Assembly: GCA_002269645.1 (NCBI GenBank)
Contig: NIVC01000001.1
Span: 682,001 to 746,000 of the forward strand
Direction: 5' to 3'
Length of the DNA stretch: 64,000 bases
Origin: Macrostomum lignano
Taxonomy: Eukaryota
The notes beneath the pieces were generated by a model. The model ran no database searches and was not told the origin of the DNA. It was given only the letters and a program-made list of their open reading frames with translations. Shown one piece after another: positions 14,501-26,500 of this stretch; within the stretch, counting starts at the first letter, position 1; the number at the start of each line of letters is the position of its first letter. A program made the position numbers and the translations under genes.

Positions 14501-17500
14501 CCCCCTGAAGGACACGAGAGAGAAGGGTAATGGACCCCCCTGAAGGACACGAGAGAGAAGGGTAGTGGACCCCCCCCCTGAAGGACACGAGAGAGAAGGG
14601 TAGTGGACCCCCCCCTGAAGGACACGAGAGAGAAGGGTAGTGGACCCCTGAAAGACACGAGAGAGAAGGGTAGTGGACCCCTGAAGGACAAGAGAGAGAA
14701 GGGTAGTGGACCCCCTGAAAGACACGAGAGAGAAGGGTAGTGGACCCCCTGAAGGACACGAGAGAGAAGGGTAGTGGACCCCCCTGAAGGACACGAGAGA
14801 GAAGGGTAGTGGACCCCCCCCCCTGAAAGACACGAGAGAGAAGGGTAGTGGACCCCCCCTGAAAGACACGAGAGAGAAGGGTAGTGGACCCCCCTGAAAG
14901 ACACGAGAGAGAAGGGTAGTGGACCCCTGAAGGACAAGAGAGAGAAGGGTAGTGGACCCCCTGAAGGACACGAGAGAGAAGGGTAGTGAACCCCTGAAGG
15001 ACACGGGAGAGAAGGGTAGTGGACCCCTGAAGGACACGGGAGAGAAGGGTAGTGGACCCCTGAAGGACACGGGAGAGAAGGCTATCAGAATGATATCTGA
15101 ATGATACCTGATGATATGTGATATCTAAGGCATCAGAATAAAAATAAATATCCGTGATTAAAATACAAGAAACGTCATCACACAGGAATTATTTCTGTTC
15201 AATAAAGACAAAGCGGAAAAAAATTAAAAGACAGAAAGGTTCTCCCGAGCCAGTTCATCCCTGTTCGAGCCACCATGCAAATATTCTCCCAGTCATTGAC
15301 AATTCTCCACTTTGCTAGTTAGGAACAAGTATATTGGCTTGGGGTCAGGTTCGCTCTGGAATCCCCATAAATGCGATCCTAATGCATCCCTAACCGAGTG
15401 ATGGGGAGGGCAGCAGATAAGGCAGCTGCGGCTTGATTCCTGGCCAGGGCCGCAGCAAGTGAACACCGGAGGTTTCTCTGCTTACCCCGCAAATATCTGG
15501 CGGCAGGACGACTATTGCTAATTGCCCGCCCAGAGTTCCAGCTCGAGTGGAAAATGCAATTTCTGCCGCTAGGAGCAGAAATACAAGAGTGGAAAGGAGA
15601 ATGAGAAAGTCCAGCAGGAGAGCACTTCAACCAGCGGCGCGTCCTTGATTTGCCTCTTCAAAACCCTTGTGTGGCTGACTATACGCGCAATGCAGACAGC
15701 GGAGAAACTGTCAGAACGAATCGAAATCATCGTCCTCACGATTGCCGTGTCGTGTTCCGATGTTGAATTCCTTTCTTATCAGCCAAGCAAAGGAGTTATA
15801 AGTCATAAGAATAAAAGCCGAAATGTTTTATTGACCAAAGTTTTCCCCTTTTTTCACTTTTCATCGTGATTAGCTTTTTTGCTAGAGCTGGTTCAGCCGG
15901 CTGACTGGATGAGCGGCTCTCTGATTGAAGTGCTGCTGGTTGACGACAGCTAGGCTTCAAGTCTGGCTTTGCGATTGTCGGCTTTCTTTGCAGACTTCCA
16001 TTTATAACCCTTCTCAGTGCTCTAAGCAAATCTTGCCAAACCCGTCTCATTCAACGTAACCACCCCAAAAAATCAGCTCACGTCACGCCTCCATCCTCCA
16101 AAGACCAGACTAGACTAGTTTAGTTAGACTGGACTTAAGACTAGAGTAGTAGTCCCTGCCATCCACACCCCTGACACCCACCTCACGCCACGCACCCATC
16201 CGCCCCGACACCCACCTCACGCCTCGCGCCCATCCACCTTGACACCCACCTCACGCCACGCACTTATCCGCCCCGACACCCACCTCACGCCTAGCGCCCA
16301 TCCACCTTGACACCCACCTCACGCCTCGCGCCCATCCACCTTGACACCCACCTCACGCCACGCACCCATCCGCCCCGACACCCACCTCACGCTTCGCGCC
16401 CATCCACCTTGACACCCACCTCACGCCCCGTCTCCACCAACCCCTCCGACACCCACCTCACGCCCTGTCTCCACACACCCCGCCTCCACCCACCTCATGC
16501 CCTGCCTCCACCCACCCCTCCGGCACCCACCTCACGCCCCGCCTCCACCCATCCCTCTGACAAGGACATCCCCATTTTTAGAATGATAAATACTTTTATT
16601 TTTAAAGCGGAGATCGGCGACTTCCTCGAAGAAGAATACCTGGACACACTCTACCTGACGCGACTGAAGGTACTGCCAAGTCCCGTTAGCGAGGAACTAC
16701 TCAAAAAAGTGATGGAATATCACAAAGCTCACGTGTAAGCTTTTCACAAAAAGTGGTATAAAATTTCTGCTCAGGTAGACTCTTGGGCAGATTCTTAAAC
16801 ATAAGCTGGCCATTTTAAAAAGCAATAAATATTAAACTTCATCACTTGCCAGCGGCCTGACACCAGAAGACGCCGAGTACAGCCTGCTGGACACCGTGAG
16901 AAAGGTGGACCTGTACGGCATCAGGCTTCACCCTGCTCGGGTAAGAACTGCTGTCTACCAATTCTATAAGTAGCCTACATATTCCTGTCAAGCAATATGT
17001 TTTCAGTAATGGCTACTACTATCCCTACACTACAGGACAGAGACGGCCTGCCCCTTAGCTTGGCCGTGGCTCACACAGGTGTGCTGGTATTCCAAGGCAC
17101 TGTGCGCATCAATTGTTTCAATTGGGCCAAAGTTCGTAAGCTCAGCTTCAAAAGGAAGAAGTTTCTGGTGAAATTGCATCCGGAGACAAATGTAAGAAAC
17201 TTACTCAAACTGCGCTCATGTTTATCAATCAGCTGTAGTGACTCGAGGTCTGCGGCTGTTGGGAGGGATTAGGAAAGTGAAGATGAAGTGATCTGTAATG
17301 TACATTAGATAAAGAGGGTAGGAAAGTGAAGACGTACATCTGCAATGTACATTAGATAAAGAGGGTAGGAAAGTGAAGACGTACATCTGCAATGTACATT
17401 AGATAAAGAGGGTAGGAAAGTGAAGACGTACATCTGCAATGTACATTGGATAAAAAGGGTAGGAAAGTGAAGACGTACATCTGCAATGTACATTAGATAA

Positions 17501-20500
17501 AGAGGGTAGGAAAGTGAAGACGTACATCTGCAATGTACATTAGATAAAGAGGGTAGGAAAGTGAAGACGTACATCTGCAATGTACATTGGATAAAAAGGG
17601 TAGGAAAGTGAAGACGTACATCTGCAATGTACATTAGATAAAGAGGGTAGGAAAGTGAAGACGTACATCTGCAATGTACATTAGATAAAGAGGGTAGGGA
17701 AGTGAAGACGTACATCTGCAATGTACATTAGATAAAGAGGGTAGGAAAGTGAAGACGTACATCTGCAATGTACATTAGATAAAGAGGGTAGGAAAGTGAA
17801 GACGTACATCTGCAATGTACATTAGATAAAGAGGGTAGGGAAGTGAAGACGTTCATCTGCAATGTACATTAGATAAAGAGGGTAGGAAAGTGAAGACGTA
17901 CATCTGCAATGTACATTAGATAAAGAGGGTAGGAAAGTGAAGACGTACATCTGCAATGTACATTAGATAAAGAGGGTAGGAAAGTGAAGACGTACATCTG
18001 CAATGTACATTAGATAAAGAGGGTAGGAAAGTGAAGATGAACAGCAGCATTGCACTGGGACAGTTCTGTGTTTATAGAGGCCATTTTTACTCCTACATGC
18101 GAATATGAACACACACTGTAACCAAGGTGCAGAATGGCAAGTAAATATTGCAGCATTTCTCTTTTCTCTTCTTCCCATATCCCTCTGAAAATTGGAACTG
18201 CCACTCTACTCTGGCTGCATGAATTTGAAAAGTAATTTTAGCTCCCGCATTGCCGCTGACCATGGCCATGCTGCCCCATAAGCTGGGGGATCTAATCATC
18301 TACCCGGATTTGGGAGCAGAAAAATTTTCCCACTGACTTCGCCCTCACACCCTCCTCTCCTGTCTAGTAACTCTCTAAACTCTCTCAGGCGAAGCAATTT
18401 TGTTCAGTTCAGCATTTCGAAACTTTGTTGGCTTAAAAAAGGTGATGACGGAGTCTGAAGCTGAGCAGGGGGCGTGCAATATTGAGAGTATTCACTTTGA
18501 ACTAGATCTTGTGAATTGTAGATCCTGTGAATTGTAGATCTTGTGAATTGTAGATCTTGTGAATTGTAGATCTTGTGAATTGTAAATCTTGTGAATTGTA
18601 GATCTTGTGAATTGTAGATCTTGTGAATTGTAGATCTTGTGAATTGTAGATCTTGTGAATTGTAGATCTTGTGAATTGTAGATCTTGTGAATTGTAGATC
18701 TTGTGAATTGTAGATCTTGTGAATTGTAGATCTTGTGAATTGTAGATCTTGTGAATTGTAGATCTTTTGAATTGTAGATCTTGTGAATTGTAGATCTTGT
18801 GAATTGTAGATCTTGTGAATTGTAGATCTTGTGAATTGTAGATCCTGTGAATTGTAGATCTTTTGAACTGTTTTCGGGTGGAAAGTTGAACATGTTGCTG
18901 AATTAGTTTAGTTAGTTTTTTAATCTCCCAGGAGCAAGAAAAACAGTTGTTTTTCTTAGAAAGCACAGCTCATCAAATAAGATTTAATCCACCCGAAAAT
19001 CTTGGGTTTATTGTGAATTTTTCTGCCAAATAACTTTGGCAAAATAGGCAAAGAACTTGGCTCCCTCATCCAACTGTCACCGCCTTCTCCCATCTTAGCC
19101 TTTGAGTCCCATCTCGCACTTGCATAGAATTGGAGGCGATTCAATCAACACAACCGGCTCTTGTTGGGACGCGGCACTCGGGCCGGAATTAACAGGACCG
19201 GACGCGAATTGATACAATCGATATCGATGATTTTCTCTGTGAAATACTCACACATTTCCAGGCCTGTGACAAGGAGTACCTGGCATCCATGCCGCATTAC
19301 ATCCGGGATTTTGTAAGCCCCCCCCCCCCGCGCAAATCTACTGAAAAATCCTCTGTCTTGCAGTCTGGCCTGCAGCAGCGCGAAAATAGATCTATTCTAT
19401 GACTTTCTGTTTTTTAACACGCCAAATAGTGACAGCTGGAGTAAATCCGATAGCTTGAGGCAAAACAACTGTGTTGACCGATTTTTTCTGCGCGCGCATC
19501 ACCAAATAGCGGCCTTGTGTGTTCTAGCTGTGACTCTGTTGTCAACTGCTGCTGAGCGCCTTGGGGGCTTCTGGACACCTGCGAGTGGTGTTTGGGTGGC
19601 TCAGGGAGTGGGGGTGGAGTGGCTCAGGGAGTGGGGATGGGGTGGCTCAGGAAGTGGGGATGGGGTGGCTCAGGGAGTGGGGGTGTAGTGGCTCAGGAAG
19701 TGGGGATGGGGTGGCTCAGGGAATGGGGGTGGGGTGGTTCAGAGAGTGGGGTTGGGGTGGCTCAGGGAATGTGGATGGGGTGGCTCAGGGAATGTGGATG
19801 GGGTGGCTGAGGAAATGGGGAGTGGGGATGGGGTGGCTCAGGGAATGGGGAATGGGGATGGGGTGGCTCAGGGAATGTGGATGGGGTGGCTCAGGGAATG
19901 TGGATGGGATGGCTGAGGAAATGGGGATGGGGTGGCTGAGGAAATGGGGATGGGGTGGCTGAGGTAATGGGGATGGGGTGGCTGAAGAAATGGGGATGGG
20001 GTGGCTGAGGAAATGGGGATGGGGTGGCTGAGGAAATGGGGATGGGGTGGCTGAGGAAATGGGGATGGGGTGGCTCAGGGAATGTGGATGGGGTGGCTGA
20101 GGAAATGGGGATGGGGAGGCTGAGGAAATGGGGATGGGGAGGCTGAGGAAATGGGGATGGGGTGGCTGAGGAAATGGGGATGGGGTGGCTGAGGAAATGG
20201 GGAGTGGAGATGGGGTGGCTCAGGGAATGGGGATGGGGTGGCTCAGGGAATGTGGATGGGGTGGCTGAGGAAATGGGGATGGGGAGGCTGAGGAAATGGG
20301 GAGTGGAGATGGGGTGGCTCAGGGAATGGGGATGGGGTGGCTGAGGAAATGGGGATGGGGAGGCTGAGGAAATGGGGAGTGGAGATGGGGTGGCTCAGGG
20401 AATGGGGATGGGGTGGCTGAGGAAATGGGGATGAGGAGGCTGAGGAAATGGGGATGGGGTGGCTGAGGAAATGGGGATGGGGTGGCTGAGGAAATGGGGA

Positions 20501-23500
20501 GTGGAGATGGGGTGGCCCAGGGAATGGGGATGGGGTGGCTCAGGGAATGTGGATGGGGTGGCTGAGGAAATGGGGATGGGGAGGCTGAGGAAATGGGGAG
20601 TGGAGATGGGGTGGCTCAGGGAATGGGGATGGGGTGGCTGAGGAAATGGGGATGGGGAGGCTGAGGAAATGGGGAGTGGAGATGGGGTGGCTCAGGGAAT
20701 GGGGATGGGGTGGCTGAGGAAATGGGGATGAGGAGGCTGAGGAAATGGGGATGGGGTGGCTGAGGAAATGGGGATGGGGTGGCTGAGGAAATGGGGAGTG
20801 GAGATGGGGTGGCTCAGGGAATGGGGATGGGGTGGCTCAGGGAATGTGGATGGGATGGCTGAGGAAATGGGGATGGGGTGCTGAGGAAATGGAAATGGGG
20901 TGTCTGAGGAAATGGAGCTGGGGTGGCTCAGCTCAGATTTTACACGTCTTTTGGTGCCTAAAGTGAAATTTCGTGGTTGTAACTTTAGGTTCGCTTGTAC
21001 GAGCTTATATTTTTTAAAAAATTATCTGAAACTCATGTTCTGTATCTAAGTTAAACATGCATATTTATTGCGTCAAATTTGTTAGAAACCATCGTATTAC
21101 AAACCTTCAGAAAGTGAAACCACTTTGACCTCATAGTTGACCTTACATGACCTCTGTGTGACACATTTTGCAAGTTGGGCTTTTCAACGCTTTTTGCACT
21201 AATTTATGAATCATAAGTGATCAATCTCCCTTCTTTACCCAGAGCTTCTACAAAGACGCAGTGGACTTTTACTTTGACAGTCGAGTTGAGTGCAAGCACT
21301 TCTGGAAGAAGTGCATCGAGCATCACACCTTCTTCAGGTGCCAGTCTGCCAGGCCGCTGCTCAGGGCCAGGAATAAAGTTGTGTCGAAGGGATCCTCGTT
21401 CAGGTGTGTTGGCCTGAGCATGGCTGTTTTACCAGGCTATCAGATCCGAATCTATAGGATTGATCTATCGAATCTATAGGATTGATCTATCGAATCTATA
21501 GGATTGATCTACCGAATCTATAGGATTGATCCATCGAATCTATAGGATTGATCTATCGAATCTATAGGATTGATCCATCGAATCTACAAGATTGATCTAT
21601 CGAATCTATAAGATTGATCTATCAAATCTATTGGATTGATCTATCGAATCTATAGGATTGATCTATCGAATCTATAGGATTGATCTATCGAATCTATAGG
21701 ATTGATCTCTATCGAATCTATAAGATTGATCTATCAAATCTATAAGATTGATCTATCAAATCTATAGGATTGATCTCTATCGAATCTATAGGATTGATCT
21801 ATCGAATCTATAGGATTGATCTATTGAATCTAATGGATTGATCTATCGAATCTATTGGATTGATCAATCGAATCTACAATATTAATCAATCGAATCTATA
21901 AGATTGATCTATCAAATCTATAAGATTGATCTATCAAATCTTTAGGATTGATCTCTATCGAATCTATAGGATTGATCTATCGAATCTATAGGATTGATCT
22001 ATTGAATCTATTGGATTGATCTATCGAATCTACAAGATTGATCAATCGAATCTACAAGATTGATCTATTGAATCTATAGGATTGATCTATCGAATCTATT
22101 GGATTGATCTATCGAATCTATAGGATTGATCTATCGAATCTATTGGATTGATCTATCGAATCTATAGGATTGATCTATCGAATCTATAGGATTGATCTAT
22201 CGAATCTATAGGATTGATCTCTATCGAATCTATAGGATTGATCTATCGAATCTATTGGATTGATCTATCGAATCTACAAGATTGATCAATCGAATCTACA
22301 AGATTGATCAATCGAATCTACAGGATTGATCTATCCAATCTATAGAATTGATCTATCAAATCTATTGGATTGATCTATCGAATCTATAGGATTGATCTAT
22401 TGAATCTAGATGATTGATCTATTGAATCTATTGGATTGATCTATCGAATCTATTGGATTGATCAATCGAATCTACAATATTAATCAATCGAATCTATAAG
22501 ATTGATCTATCAAATCTATAGGATTGATCTATTGAATCTAGATGATTGATCTATCGAATCTATAGGATTGATCTATCGAATCTATTGGATTGATCTATCG
22601 AATCTATAGGATTGATCTATTGAATCTAGATGATTGATCTATCGAATCTATAGGATTGATCTATCGAATCTATTGGATTGATCTATCGAATCTATAGGAT
22701 TGATCTATTGAATCTAGATGATTGATCTATCGAATCTATAGGATTGATCTATCGAATCTATTGGATTGATCTATCGAATCTATAGGATTGATCTATTGAA
22801 TCTAGATGATTGATCTATCGAATCTATAGGATTGATCTATCAAATCTATTGGATTGATCTATCGAATCTATTGGATTGATCTATCGAATCTATAGGATTG
22901 ATCTATTGAATCTAGAAGATTGATCTATCGAATCTAGAAGATTGATCTATCGAATCTATTGGATTGATCTATCGAATCTATAGGATTGATCTATCGAATC
23001 TATAGGATTGATCTCTATCGAATCTATAAGATTGATCTATCGAATCTAAAGAATTGATCTATCGAATCTAGAGGACTGATCTATCGAATCTATAGGATTG
23101 ATCTATTGAATCTAGAAGATTGATCTATCGAATCTATTGGATTGATCTATCGAATCTATTGGATTGATCTATCGAATCTATAGGATTGATCTATTGAATC
23201 TAGAAGATTGATCTATCGAATCTATTGGATTGATCTATCGAATCTATAGGATTGATCTATCGAATCTATTGGATTGATCTATCGAATCTATAGGATTGAT
23301 CTATCGAATCTATAAGATTGATCTATCGAATCTAAAGAATTGATCTATCGAATCTAGAGGACTGATCTATCGAATCTATAGGATTGATCTATTGAATCTA
23401 GAAGATTGATCTATCGAATCTATAGGATTGATCTATTGAATCTAGAAGATTGATCTATCGAATCTATAGGATTGATCTATTGAATCTAGAAGATTGATCT

Positions 23501-26500
23501 ATCGAATCTATAGGATTGATCTATCGAATATATAGGATTGATCTATCGAATCTATAGGGTTGATCTATCAAATCTATAGGGTTGATCTATCGAATCTATA
23601 GGGTTGATCTATCGAATCTATAGGATTGATCTATTAAATCTAGAAGATTGATCTATCGAATCTATAGGGTTGATCTATCGAATCTATAGGATTGATCTAT
23701 TAAATCTAGAAGATTGATCTATCGAATCTATTGGATTGATCTATCGAATCTACAGGATTGATCTATCGAATCTAAAGAATTGATCTATTGAATCTACAGG
23801 ACTGATCTATCGAATCTACAGGATTGATCTATCGAATCTAAAGAATTGATCTATCGAATCTAGAGGACTGATCTATCGAATCTATTGGATTGATCTATCG
23901 AATCTATAGGATTGATCTATCGAATCTATTGGATTGATCTATCGAATCTATAGGATTGATCTATCGAATCTATAGGATTGATCTATCGAATCTATAGGAT
24001 TGATCTCTATCGAATCTATAGGATTGATCTATCGAATCTATTGGATTGATCTATCGAATCTACAAGATTGATCAATCGAATCTACAAGATTGATCAATCG
24101 AATCTACAGGATTGATCTATCCAATCTATAGGATTGATCTATCGAATCTATAGGATTGATCTATCGAATCTATAGGATTGATCTATCGAATCTATTGGAT
24201 TGATCAATCGAATCTACAGGATTGATCTATCCAATCTATAGGATTGATCTATCCAATCTATAGGATTGATCTATCGAATCTATTGGATTGATCTATCCAA
24301 TCTATTGGATTGATCTATCCAATCTATAGGATTGATCTATCGAATCTATTGGATTGATCTATCGAATCTACAAGATTGATCAATCGAATCTACAGGATTG
24401 ATCTATCCAATCTATAGGATTGATCTATCGAATCTATTGGATTGATCTATCGAATCTACAGGATTGATCTATCGAATCTAAAGAATTGATCTATTGAATC
24501 TACAGGACTGATCTATCGAATCTACAGGATTGATCTATCGAATCTAAAGAATTGATCTATCGAATCTAGAGGACTGATCTATCGAATCTATTGGATTGAT
24601 CTATCGAATCTATAGGATTGATCTATCGAATCTATTGGATTGATCTATCGAATCTATAGGATTGATCTATCGAATCTATAGGATTGATCTATCGAATCTA
24701 TAGGATTGATCTCTATCGAATCTATAGGATTGATCTATCGAATCTATTGGATTGATCTATCGAATCTACAAGATTGATCAATCGAATCTACAAGATTGAT
24801 CAATCGAATCTACAGGATTGATCTATCCAATCTATAGGATTGATCTATCGAATCTATAGGATTGATCTATCGAATCTATAGGATTGATCTCTATCGAATC
24901 TATAAGATTGATCTATCGAATCTAAAGAATTGATCTATCGAATCTAGAGGACTGATCTATCGAATCTATAGGATTGATCTATTGAATCTAGAAGATTGAT
25001 CTATTGAATCTAGAAGATTGATCTATTGAATCTAGAAGATTGATCTATTGAATCTAGAAGATTGATCTATTGAATCTAGAAGATTGATCTATTGAATCTA
25101 GAAGATTGATCTATCGAATCTATAGGATTGATCTATCGAATATATAGGATTGATCTATCGAATCTATAGGGTTGATCTATCAAATCTATAGGGTTGATCT
25201 ATCGAATCTATAGGGTTGATCTATCGAATCTATAGGATTGATCTATTAAATCTAGAAGATTGATCTATCGAATCTATTGGATTGATCTATCGAATCTACA
25301 GGATTGATCTATCGAATCTAAAGAATTGATCTATTGAATCTACAGGACTGATCTATCGAATCTACAGGATTGATCTATCGAATCTAAAGAATTGATCTAT
25401 CGAATCTAGAGGACTGATCTATCGAATCTATAGGATTGATCTATTGAATCTAGAAGATTGATCTATCGAATCTATAGGATTGATCTATTGAATCTAGAAG
25501 ATTGATCTATCGAATCTATAGGATTGATCTATTGAATCTAGAAGATTGATCTATCGAATCTAGAAGATTGATCTATCAAATCTGCAAGATTAATTTATCG
25601 AATTTATAGGATTGATCTTTCGAATCTATAGGATTGACCTATCGAATCTAGAAGATCTATCGAATCTATAGGAGTGATTTTTGGAATCCATGAGTGAGAT
25701 ATGCCATGTCTATAAGAGCACTGACTGCATCTGCATTGCAGCAGAAAACTCCCACAGCTGCAAGCAGTCAATAAGAGTTCAAAGGACTGTTAGAAATTGG
25801 AAGCAGCTGTCTGTACGAGTAGATGCGACTTGCTGACTTCGAGTTTCTTCACTGCCACAGGAATTGGTCTCGATGAAGTTTATAGGTGCGGAAAGCTGGG
25901 TTATAAAAATGCGCATTGCATTTCTGACCCCCTCCCCCCTCGCAGGTACTGCGGCCGAACCCAGAAGCAGCTGCTGGAATTCGTTCGGCAAAATTACTAC
26001 ATCAGGCGGCCCTGCCCCGACTGGTGAGGACCCCGGGGGGGGGGTAAAAGGACATTTCAGGAGAGTGAAGAACTGCTCATTTTCTGGATTAGCTAATCCT
26101 GTGTCTTTTAGTCTCTCTCTTTCTCCTTTACTCCCTCCGTCTTTTAGGGGCAGCAAAGAAGATTTATGATCCCCATAGAATCTCTGCAAATTTTGAGCAC
26201 TATGGGAGATTGTAGCAAAGTAGGCAGGGGCAGAGCTTATCCCTTCTCCCTCTCGCGCTCTGAATGCTGAGCTCGGACAAAGGAGGGAGACAGCGCGAAG
26301 CCGCATAGTAATTAGCAGTTTTGTAATTTTTATAATTTGCACCTGAAACTATTGTTGCTAGCTGGCGTTGACGACTCGGTAGTCGATAGATTTATAATCT
26401 GTGAGAACAGACGGTGCATCATCCACATGTGTGAGATTAGATATGTAGATATGTTGGAGTCGATGAGAACAGGTAGTGCAAGATCTATGAGAACAGTCAG

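Noticed and set aside
14107-15070. Long minus-strand ORFs in three frames (likewise 12063-12665, 17305-17721, 18492-18966, 19561-20641, 46217-46840, 49903-50500, 57082-57638, 58557-62467)
   Set aside because: All coincide with stop-poor tandem repeats.
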